Source: a virus
Direction: 5' to 3' (one strand)
DNA length: 23,749 nucleotides
UHGV virus genome: UHGV-1361621
The notes under the pieces were generated by a model. That model was not told the DNA's origin, made no database searches, and saw only the letters and a program-made list of their open reading frames with translations. Both the position numbers and the translations under genes were made by a program. This document shows positions 17,751 to 23,591 of the stretch, in pieces. Numbering within the stretch: position 1 is the first letter of the stretch; each line of letters opens with the position of its first letter.

Positions 17751-18260
17751 TCACTCCTTTTCATATATTGTTTTATAGTCAACGGCTTCACAGTACAATA
17801 ATTGTGCTAGTGCGTCCGCTTTATTATCGTCTTTAGTTGGTTCTCCCATAACACGCTCGTAAAGCTCACAGCTTGCGTCCTTACGCTCTTTTCGTTTACC
17901 TTTGATAAGATGGTAGGCACACCACTTAGAGTTCCTTATATTGTAAATATAGCCCTTTGTGAGTGCGTGCATTTTACCCAAGGCATAACCATTCCATTGA
18001 GCTAATTCTATTGAGCCTGCGCTATTGCCTGCCAATATAGGACGCTCTATACAGATGTCATAATCTTGCAAGCCGTTTTCTAAAATAATATCCTCTAGCT
18101 TTTCTACAATAATCAAAGTACGGCTTTTCATGGTAGACCCTTTTGTATAAGGCTTAATAGAACCCACAATAAGTTTTCCCTCTTCATCTCGGAAAGCATA
18201 CCCTGTACCCTCTTTTGATTTAGAGCCTGTACTAAAATCAATACTTAATATTTTTTTCAA
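17751..18260 (-). CDS. RuvC-like Holliday junction resolvase (about 169 aa)
   Basis: Begins MKKILSIDFSTGSK (RuvC-type start with a catalytic Asp) and has the D-ADALAQLL C-terminal motif. The real start is probably TTG 18260, 8 nt after AGAGGAG, overlapping the stop of the small upstream ORF (TTGA). The track's 18296 TTG lacks an SD. Confidence 0.65.
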   Translation of the reverse strand: MKKILSIDFSTGSKSKEGTGYAFRDEEGKLIVGSIKPYTKGSTMKSRTLIIVEKLEDIILENGLQDYDICIERPILAGNSAGSIELAQWNGYALGKMHALTKGYIYNIRNSKWCAYHLIKGKRKERKDASCELYERVMGEPTKDDNKADALAQLLYCEAVDYKTIYEKE

Positions 18261-18400
18261 ATTGGTAGCTCCTCTGTATATATAACAGCATAGCAATCAG
18301 ATTTATTGTATTCAATCTTCTTTATAAGGTTCTCCCTTTTTAAGAAACTAATTGCCTGCTCAAAGTCCTCAATAGTGGGACACATGTATTTACTTTTCAT
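18257..18400 (-). CDS. first late gene, 47-aa protein (MKSKYMCPTIEDFEQAISFLKRENLIKKIEYNKSDCYAVIYTEELPI)
   Basis: ATG 18400 sits 9 nt after GGAGG (18410-18414). Its stop TGA overlaps the RuvC TTG start. Not in the ORF track because it is under 60 aa. Confidence 0.5.
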   Translation of the reverse strand: MKSKYMCPTIEDFEQAISFLKRENLIKKIEYNKSDCYAVIYTEELPI

Positions 18401-18430
18401 AAGTGATTACCTCCCTCAATCACAATAACT

Positions 18431-18436
18431 ATTATA
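18431..18436 (-). promoter_or_regulatory. candidate late promoter -10 (TATAAT on the minus strand) with no recognisable -35; possibly activator-dependent
   Basis: Perfect -10 hexamer about 18 nt upstream of the SD of the first late gene. The sequence at -35 (CTGTCA) is poor. It is face-to-face with early promoter P1. Confidence 0.35.
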
Positions 18437-18451
18437 CACTGTATAAAAAGC

Positions 18452-18480
18452 TTGACAGAATTTTAAATCTTTGCTATAAT
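18452..18480 (+). promoter_or_regulatory. early promoter P1: TTGACA(18452-18457), 17 nt, TATAAT(18475-18480)
   Basis: Perfect consensus hexamers at optimal spacing. Confidence 0.7.
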
Positions 18481-18510
18481 GGATTTGGTGCTCACTTTTG
18501 CTAGTTATAG

Positions 18511-18538
18511 TATATATGTTACACTTTTGCACATTAAA
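18511..18538 (+). promoter_or_regulatory. conserved 28-bp element copy 1 (TATATATGTTACACTTTTGCACATTAAA); candidate operator or ori element
   Basis: Repeated with one mismatch at 19068-19095. A partial CACTTTTGC repeat lies at 18493-18501. Confidence 0.4.
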
Positions 18539-18577
18539 CTTGTAATGAATTAGAAACAGTATTGTAACCATCTTGTG

Positions 18578-18606
18578 ATTGACATAGGGTGGAAAAGTGA
18601 TATAAT
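18578..18606 (+). promoter_or_regulatory. early promoter P2: TTGACA(18578-18583), 17 nt, extended -10 TGaTATAAT(18598-18606); upstream context CTTGTGATTGACA
   Basis: Perfect consensus with a TG extension. The AAAAAGGAGGT SD follows at 18620-18630. Confidence 0.75.
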
Positions 18607-18770
18607 AAAGACATAAAGAAAAAAGGAGGTAGTCAAACATAGCAAGACCAAAACAAAAAGAATGTACTAATTGTCATGGTTTAAATCCTAAGTGTCACTA
18701 TCTCGAAACTGGTAGAAAGTGCAGGGTTAAACAAAAGACATTAGACAAACGAAACATAAGAGAGAGGCTT

Positions 18771-19055
18771 ATGGAAATATATTTTGATAGATACTTGACA
18801 TTCTTAGAAATATATAATATAACGGAAAATGAAGTATCTTTTTTCAAGTGGCTAAGATTGCAAAGCCCAAATGTTGCAATGAGTTATTACAGGCAAAGAC
18901 AAACCAAAATAAAAAGAATGGGGGTAAATTTGTTTAGCGAGAAAGAAAAGAAAGAGTTACAAGATATTGACGCAATGGTAAAAGACGCAAAGGAGGTAAA
19001 AGAATTATACGAACAATCAGAGCGAGAACGAAAACTAAAAAATAAAACTAGATAA
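18771..19055 (+). CDS. first early gene, basic/Lys-rich hypothetical protein (94 aa from ATG; possibly 138 aa if initiated at ATA 18639)
   Basis: ATG 18771 has a poor SD (GAGAGG with 3-nt spacing). The frame is open back to 18633, and the strong SD at 18620-18630 sits 8 nt before an in-frame ATA. Confidence 0.6.
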   Translation: MEIYFDRYLTFLEIYNITENEVSFFKWLRLQSPNVAMSYYRQRQTKIKRMGVNLFSEKEKKELQDIDAMVKDAKEVKELYEQSERERKLKNKTR

Positions 19056-19067
19056 TATAACGTGTGT

Positions 19068-19095
19068 TATATATGTTACATTTTTGCACATTAAA
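19068..19095 (+). promoter_or_regulatory. conserved 28-bp element copy 2 (TATATATGTTACATTTTTGCACATTAAA)
   Basis: 27 of 28 positions identical to 18511-18538. It lies between the stop at 19055 and the SD of the first membrane-peptide gene. Confidence 0.4.
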
Positions 19096-19112
19096 AATTG
19101 GAGGTAGAAAAA

Positions 19113-19253
19113 ATGAAGTATGTTTATTTAGTTTGTGCCTTTTTGGGGTTCTTATTATCAATAATCAACTTTAATGGGCTTTTCCTTGTGTGGTTCGCAA
19201 TAGGGATTTTGAGCTTGTTAGTGGCTTTTGTAGAATGGTTAGGGGAGTATTAA
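19113..19253 (+). CDS. small hydrophobic membrane peptide (46 aa, MKYVYLVCAFLGFLLSIINFNGLFLVWFAIGILSLLVAFVEWLGEY)
   Basis: GGAGGT SD 7 nt upstream of ATG. Two predicted TM segments. Confidence 0.5.
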   Translation: MKYVYLVCAFLGFLLSIINFNGLFLVWFAIGILSLLVAFVEWLGEY

Positions 19254-19363
19254 TGTTAGATGTTATAAACATAATATGCGGGCTTGTAGCTTGTATCATT
19301 GTTGCTAGTGGTTTGAGTGACTTAATAGCGAATGCTTTAGGAGGTAAGAAAAATGATAGATGA
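19253..19363 (+). CDS. small hydrophobic peptide (36 aa, MLDVINIICGLVACIIVASGLSDLIANALGGKKNDR)
   Basis: TAATG overlap with the preceding peptide gene. GGGGAG SD. Confidence 0.4.
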   Translation: MLDVINIICGLVACIIVASGLSDLIANALGGKKNDR

Positions 19364-19520
19364 AGATAGTATTATGATGTTTTGTTGTTTAGTTGGTGTT
19401 ATAACAGCAGTGTTCTCATTGGCTAGCTTTATAGACAATAACATAGCACAGGGCACTACATTGCTCTTTATAAGCTTTATAGCATATATTGCGGGGTGGG
19501 CATTAGATGAAGAAGAATGA
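19353..19520 (+). CDS. small hydrophobic membrane peptide with an acidic C-terminus (55 aa, ...AYIAGWALDEEE)
   Basis: AGGAGG SD 8 nt before ATG. Overlaps its neighbours out of frame. Confidence 0.5.
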   Translation: MIDEDSIMMFCCLVGVITAVFSLASFIDNNIAQGTTLLFISFIAYIAGWALDEEE

Positions 19521-19776
19521 TAGCTTAGAAGCACATGCTATAAAATTATTTGTTGAGTTATACGGTTGGGTTTATACAGTTGGCGAAAGAGTGCTTGAAG
19601 ATGATATAATAAGTCAGGACATTGTTATGAGGTGGATAGGACTAACAACCAAATTAGAAAGGAAGGCGAAACAGCTCTATAATGCTGTACCATGTGACAC
19701 AACTAAAAGAGGTTGGGTAAGAGCGTTAGAGCTGAAAACACAATTTAATGACAGACAATACCCTAAGGCTAGATGA
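19507..19776 (+). CDS. hypothetical early protein (89 aa)
   Basis: ATG within the end of the preceding peptide gene, in the usual coupled arrangement. Confidence 0.5.
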   Translation: MKKNDSLEAHAIKLFVELYGWVYTVGERVLEDDIISQDIVMRWIGLTTKLERKAKQLYNAVPCDTTKRGWVRALELKTQFNDRQYPKAR

Positions 19777-20668
19777 TTTCGGATATACTGCGGTAGATAA
19801 TGACCCATTCAAAAGGTTAATTACCGCACAAGACCTAAAAGAAAAAGAAGAGTTTCAAGAAGCCAATTCTTGGTACATTAAAGATATACTCCCTAAAGGT
19901 GTAGGGGGTCTTGTTGTTGCACCACAGAAAAGCTTTAAGAGTTCAACGACTTTGTTTATGGCTCACGCTATTGCAACTGGCACACCATTTGGAGAACATG
20001 AAACGACAAAAGCCAACGTTCTTATTATTGATAATGAAGACACAGAATTTACTTTACATCAACGATTAAACGGCTATGACGGCTCACTAGCGGGCTTATG
20101 GTTCTTGACTGGTGGTATATTCAAGATGGATAATAAAGACAATCTGAACAAGCTATACAGCGTCATAAAGGAGTTAGATATTAAAGTAGTTATCTTAGAC
20201 TGTTTGAAAGATATGCTCACTAGTCCCGACAGCTTGAACGATATGCACAAGATGAATGAAATTTTAATGCGTATCACAAAGCTAAAGTTATTGCTCGGGG
20301 ATGTTACTTTCTTAGTAGTGGCTCACGCTAGGAAGGATTGTTTTGACAGGTCTTTAGAAGAACCATTATTCAGAACACGCTCTACCCATGCTCTTGGCTC
20401 TTCTGCTATTGGTGCATGGCATGAAGTATGTTTCACTCTAAGCCCTAAGATAAGCAAAAAGACAGGAAACAAGTATTCTATTATTGAAGTGGAAGCACGT
20501 AACTTTAACTATGATAAGCCAATCTGCGTGGGATATGTTGACGATAGATTTACAATCATAGACCCTACTGTAAAAGTGGAAACAGGCGAACAATTGGAAG
20601 GAGGAGAGGCTACCGAATTTTTAGACACCCTAAAACTAGCGGGAAAAGTTACAGAAATAAATGATTGA
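19748..20668 (+). CDS. RecA-fold P-loop ATPase of the AAA_25/DnaB-C-like type (replication or recombination protein), 306 aa
   Basis: P-loop-like VAPQKSFKSSTTLFMAHAIATG (a degenerate GxxxxGKS/T), Walker B VVILDCL, and the FLVVAHARKD motif that resembles the hhhhHH.RK motif of AAA_25 proteins. Confidence 0.55.
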   Translation: MTDNTLRLDDFGYTAVDNDPFKRLITAQDLKEKEEFQEANSWYIKDILPKGVGGLVVAPQKSFKSSTTLFMAHAIATGTPFGEHETTKANVLIIDNEDTEFTLHQRLNGYDGSLAGLWFLTGGIFKMDNKDNLNKLYSVIKELDIKVVILDCLKDMLTSPDSLNDMHKMNEILMRITKLKLLLGDVTFLVVAHARKDCFDRSLEEPLFRTRSTHALGSSAIGAWHEVCFTLSPKISKKTGNKYSIIEVEARNFNYDKPICVGYVDDRFTIIDPTVKVETGEQLEGGEATEFLDTLKLAGKVTEIND

Positions 20669-20754
20669 ACATAATTAGAAAGTAGGTTAGACCCCATTTA
20701 TTTTAATTCCTTGTATTGTAACTAACCCGTAATAATAGTTTAAAGCTCTTGTAA

Positions 20755-20783
20755 TTGACAGGGGCTTTTTTTATTGTTATACT
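20755..20783 (+). promoter_or_regulatory. early promoter P3: TTGACA(20755-20760), 17 nt, TATACT(20778-20783); upstream CTCTTGTAATTGACA as at 2391-2405
   Basis: Near-consensus promoter, followed by the conserved ATGTAAGATAAATAAAG element at 20788-20804. Confidence 0.65.
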
Positions 20784-20816
20784 ATGTATGTAAGATAAAT
20801 AAAGGAGATATAAAAA

Positions 20817-20963
20817 ATGGTAGCAAACGGCAAAATGGATTGCGTAAAAGCATTTGAAGAATTAATCTTGGAAGCAAAGAATGAAGGTGAAGCTTCTAAT
20901 GAAAAAATCAAAGATTATGAGGTAATCTTGGATAATCTTAAAAAGTTGAAGGAGTTGGCATAA
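20817..20963 (+). CDS. small protein (48 aa, MVANGKMDCVKAFEELILEAKNEGEASNEKIKDYEVILDNLKKLKELA)
   Basis: AAAGGAG SD 8 nt before ATG, downstream of P3. Below the ORF-track size cutoff. Confidence 0.5.
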   Translation: MVANGKMDCVKAFEELILEAKNEGEASNEKIKDYEVILDNLKKLKELA

Positions 20964-21004
20964 GGTTTGTAACAAATTGTAAATAAACTTTAAACAGTTA
21001 GTAA

Positions 21005-21033
21005 TTGACATTCGCAACAAAGTTAGTTATAAT
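21005..21033 (+). promoter_or_regulatory. early promoter P4: TTGACA(21005-21010), 17 nt, TATAAT(21028-21033), followed by the same ATGTAAGATAAATAAAG element (21038-21054) and a leader hairpin GATAAG-CGGAA-CTTATC (21062-21078)
   Basis: Perfect consensus promoter. The downstream 17-mer is identical to the P3 element and sits at the same 4-nt offset from the -10. Confidence 0.7.
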
Positions 21034-21121
21034 GAATATGTAAGATAAATAAAGCACACGAGATAAGCGGAACTTATCACACTTGACCTAACATTAAATA
21101 AACAAATTGGAGGTAGGAAAA

Positions 21122-21241
21122 ATGTTGACACTTATTGTACTTGCAGTTATTGCATTCTTTGTATTTAGAAAATTTATCACTGGCTTGTATAATGCTAGTG
21201 TTGCAGTAACTAAACATTTTGAGGAGGAAGAATATGAGTAA
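21122..21241 (+). CDS. small membrane peptide with an acidic tail (39 aa, MLTLIVLAVIAFFVFRKFITGLYNASVAVTKHFEEEEYE)
   Basis: Its initiation region ATTGGAGGTAGGAAAAATG is nearly identical to that of the 19113 peptide gene. One predicted TM helix. Confidence 0.5.
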   Translation: MLTLIVLAVIAFFVFRKFITGLYNASVAVTKHFEEEEYE

Positions 21242-21443
21242 AGAAAAAACCACCTATGCACTTTATAGAGTGGTAGAAGGAGGGGATGAACAAATAATCA
21301 CAGTTGGCACAGTTGACGAACTTGACTATGTGACTAACTTTGACCGTAAAAAGTTTTATCAAAAAGTAAAAGATGACAAACGCAAACCCAAAAAGAGAAA
21401 CCCAAACACAGGAACACTCAAACTTTATAAAGTGGAGGATTGA
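21234..21443 (+). CDS. basic hypothetical protein (69 aa, MSKEKTTYALYRVVEGG...)
   Basis: ATG 21234 is 6 nt after GAGGAGG. The track's TTG at 21219 lies inside the SD. Confidence 0.55.
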   Translation: MSKEKTTYALYRVVEGGDEQIITVGTVDELDYVTNFDRKKFYQKVKDDKRKPKKRNPNTGTLKLYKVED

Positions 21444-21560
21444 ATGTGTAAAAAACTAATGTCTATTACTATTTCATATCGTGATTTAGATGATTTAATC
21501 AGACAAATTAACAACCTTAAAAATAACCCGCTTATCGGACAACACACAAAAATTTATTTA
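21444..21560 (+). CDS. small hypothetical protein (38 aa)
   Basis: TGAATG coupling to the upstream gene. Below the ORF-track cutoff. Confidence 0.35.
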
Positions 21561-21576
21561 GAAAGTGATTTTTATT

Positions 21577-21873
21577 ATGGTTAGACAATTTAGAACAGTT
21601 GAAGAAGCAAATGAATTTATTGAAGAGCAAGACAAAATAATTAAAGAGCTTAACCAAGACATTGCGGAATTAAATGCAGAGCTTGAAGAGTTAGAGGAAC
21701 AATATTTTGAACAAGGAGAATATGTTGAAGAACTCGAATATGATTTATCAGAGGTAGAAAATAGCTATGATGAATTGAGTGAATTGCATGATGACGCACT
21801 TGAAGAAATTGCACGCTTAGACAAAGTTTGCGAAACTTATGAGAAAGAAATGGAGGCGTTGGAGAATAGCTAA
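21577..21873 (+). CDS. very acidic coiled-coil protein (98 aa; about 40% Asp+Glu); candidate DNA mimic or regulatory/anti-defence protein
   Basis: ATG 21577 (MVRQFRTVEE...). Extreme acidity with heptad-like EELEE repeats. Confidence 0.55.
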   Translation: MVRQFRTVEEANEFIEEQDKIIKELNQDIAELNAELEELEEQYFEQGEYVEELEYDLSEVENSYDELSELHDDALEEIARLDKVCETYEKEMEALENS

Positions 21874-22156
21874 AGAATGGGTTGTACCAGAAGAAAAGAA
21901 AATAATCGAAATAACTTACCACTTTTCAGACGGTACAGAAATCACAAAACAGGCAGACCCAATAGGAACAGACATGTTAAGAAAGTTAGAACAAGACGGG
22001 GCAACACTTTACGACTGTGCAGAGCTGTTATACAAGCCCCTAAGCAAGTTAGAAATGTCCCTAGGTGTTGTATCACGATATATGATAGACACGCTTAAAA
22101 TGGATGAGAAGAGCGCACAGGACACAATAAACAGTATTTTAGAAAGTTGGTTTTAA
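21839..22156 (+). CDS. hypothetical early protein (about 105 aa; start uncertain)
   Basis: Long ORF overlapping the 3' end of the acidic gene. No clear SD, and the next in-frame ATG is far downstream. Confidence 0.45.
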   Translation: MRKKWRRWRIAKEWVVPEEKKIIEITYHFSDGTEITKQADPIGTDMLRKLEQDGATLYDCAELLYKPLSKLEMSLGVVSRYMIDTLKMDEKSAQDTINSILESWF

Positions 22157-22159
22157 ATT

Positions 22160-22507
22160 ATGGCAAAAGATTACTATACAAACAAAAACGGATTTCAATT
22201 GATTGATTTTATGGTTCGCAAAAATCCTATTTCAGAGCGTGCAAGTTCAGATAATTTTACAGTGGAAGAAGGTTTCTTTACATTGAATGCTGTTAAATAC
22301 GCAATCCGTGCAGGCATGAAAGAAGGCGAAACATTTAAAAAAGACATGGAAAAATTTAACGACTATGTGGAAGCGTTGGTTAAATGTGGTTATGACCGTA
22401 TAGAAATTGTCAAAACCATCAACGGTTATAAACAAGCTTTCCTTGAATGGGACGGTACAGACGAATATATTGACGATTTATTTAAAGGAGGCAATTGGAT
22501 AGCATGA
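22160..22507 (+). CDS. hypothetical early protein (115 aa)
   Basis: Coding ORF whose stop overlaps the next start (ATGA 22504-22507). Confidence 0.55.
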   Translation: MAKDYYTNKNGFQLIDFMVRKNPISERASSDNFTVEEGFFTLNAVKYAIRAGMKEGETFKKDMEKFNDYVEALVKCGYDRIEIVKTINGYKQAFLEWDGTDEYIDDLFKGGNWIA

Positions 22508-22797
22508 GCATTCCATTAGATTGGGACGATTTCAAAGACTGGCGGGACGCTTCACTAAACTATCACGCATATAACACGCTAGACGCTTATAGCATGGCTT
22601 TCAATTATTTCGAATTGGCTAGAGAATTCTATCAAGTGAAAGGCTTTCCTAAGCGTGAGAAATACAAGACAGGTAAGAAGGCAGGGGAATACAAGCCATT
22701 GTCTAAAGACTTTGTTAAACAGCATGAAGAAGAACGCCAAACATGGATAAAACGCACAGCAGAAAAGAAAGGAATTAAACCACCTAGCGAATTGTAA
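22504..22797 (+). CDS. hypothetical early protein (97 aa, Lys-rich C-terminus)
   Basis: ATGA-coupled start. AAGGAGG SD upstream at 22484-22490. Confidence 0.55.
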   Translation: MSIPLDWDDFKDWRDASLNYHAYNTLDAYSMAFNYFELAREFYQVKGFPKREKYKTGKKAGEYKPLSKDFVKQHEEERQTWIKRTAEKKGIKPPSEL

Positions 22798-22818
22798 CAC
22801 AAAAGAAACATTCTATAT

Positions 22819-22847
22819 ATTGAAAAGTAACACATAATGAGTTATAA
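22819..22847 (+). promoter_or_regulatory. early promoter P5: TTGAAA(22819-22824), 17 nt, TATAAT(22842-22847)
   Basis: Near-consensus hexamers at optimal spacing. Followed by the AGAGAGGAG SD. Confidence 0.6.
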
Positions 22848-22876
22848 TAAATATATAAAGTTAAGAGAGGAGAACA

Positions 22877-23020
22877 AATGTTCAATAAAAAATGTAAAAT
22901 TGTAAAATGTCCATTTTGTAAAGGTAAGAATGTCACAGTACAGAAGCCACATGCTCACGCTGTTGAATACCACTGCCAAAATATCAAATGTAGAAAAACT
23001 TTTTCAAAGGAGTACAAATA
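22877..23020 (+). CDS. zinc-ribbon protein (47 aa, CKIVKCPFCKG...HCQNIKC)
   Basis: Paired CxxC-type cysteine motifs (C6, C11, C14, C33, C38). Strong SD. Immediately precedes the ERF gene. Confidence 0.5.
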
Positions 23021-23021
23021 A

Positions 23022-23591
23022 TTGAAAGTATCGGAACAAAACAAAGAATTATTTCAAGCCTTGACAATTGCACGGGCTAAAATAGTACAGCCTAAAAAAG
23101 ACAAGGCTAACCCTTATTTCGGATCTAAGTATGTGCCACTTGAGGCTGTTGTGGATTGTGTTGAAAATGCTCTTGAAGGTACGGGTTTGAGTTTTTTACA
23201 GGATATAGAAAACAACGAACTAAGCACAGTTATTTTCCACGAAAACGGACAATGGGCTTCACTTGGTGCAGTTGAGCTAAAACCAACTAAGAATGACCCT
23301 CAACAGCTAGGAAGTGCTATCACATACGCAAGACGCTACTCACTTAGTACTGTGTTTGGTATCACAAGTGAAGAAGATGATGACGCAAATAGCGCAAGCG
23401 GTTATAACAAAGCACCTACACAAAAGAAACAACAAGCAAAACCAAAAGCACAACCTAAACAACCACAAAAAAAAATGTATAAAAAAACATGGTTGTTAGA
23501 ACAAATTAATTTAGGGACTATGACAAGCGACCATGCAAACGAACTATACAAAAATGGTCAAGTAATTGACGACACGAAAGGACAAGCATAA
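23022..23591 (+). CDS. erf: ERF-family single-strand annealing protein (Sak-like), 189 aa
   Basis: GSAITYARRYSL is the characteristic ERF core motif. Low-complexity basic/Gln-rich C-terminus. TTG start 9 nt after AAGGAG. Confidence 0.7.
   Translation: MKVSEQNKELFQALTIARAKIVQPKKDKANPYFGSKYVPLEAVVDCVENALEGTGLSFLQDIENNELSTVIFHENGQWASLGAVELKPTKNDPQQLGSAITYARRYSLSTVFGITSEEDDDANSASGYNKAPTQKKQQAKPKAQPKQPQKKMYKKTWLLEQINLGTMTSDHANELYKNGQVIDDTKGQA

Noticed and set aside
18416-18640. 74-aa minus-strand ORF spanning the promoter region
   Set aside because: It runs across both consensus early promoters and the conserved 28-bp element. It has no SD and an implausible sequence. The region is better explained as regulatory or ori DNA.
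19056-19071. TATAAC-GTGT-GTTATA hairpin after the stop at 19055, as a possible terminator
   Set aside because: A 6-bp all-AT stem with no following U-run is too weak for an intrinsic terminator. It overlaps the 28-bp conserved element, which is a better explanation.
21877-22098. 73-aa arginine-rich ORF (MGCTRRKENNRNN...)
   Set aside because: It is an alternative frame entirely inside the 21839-22156 gene. The Arg-rich composition is the usual product of reading an A/G-rich coding sequence out of frame.
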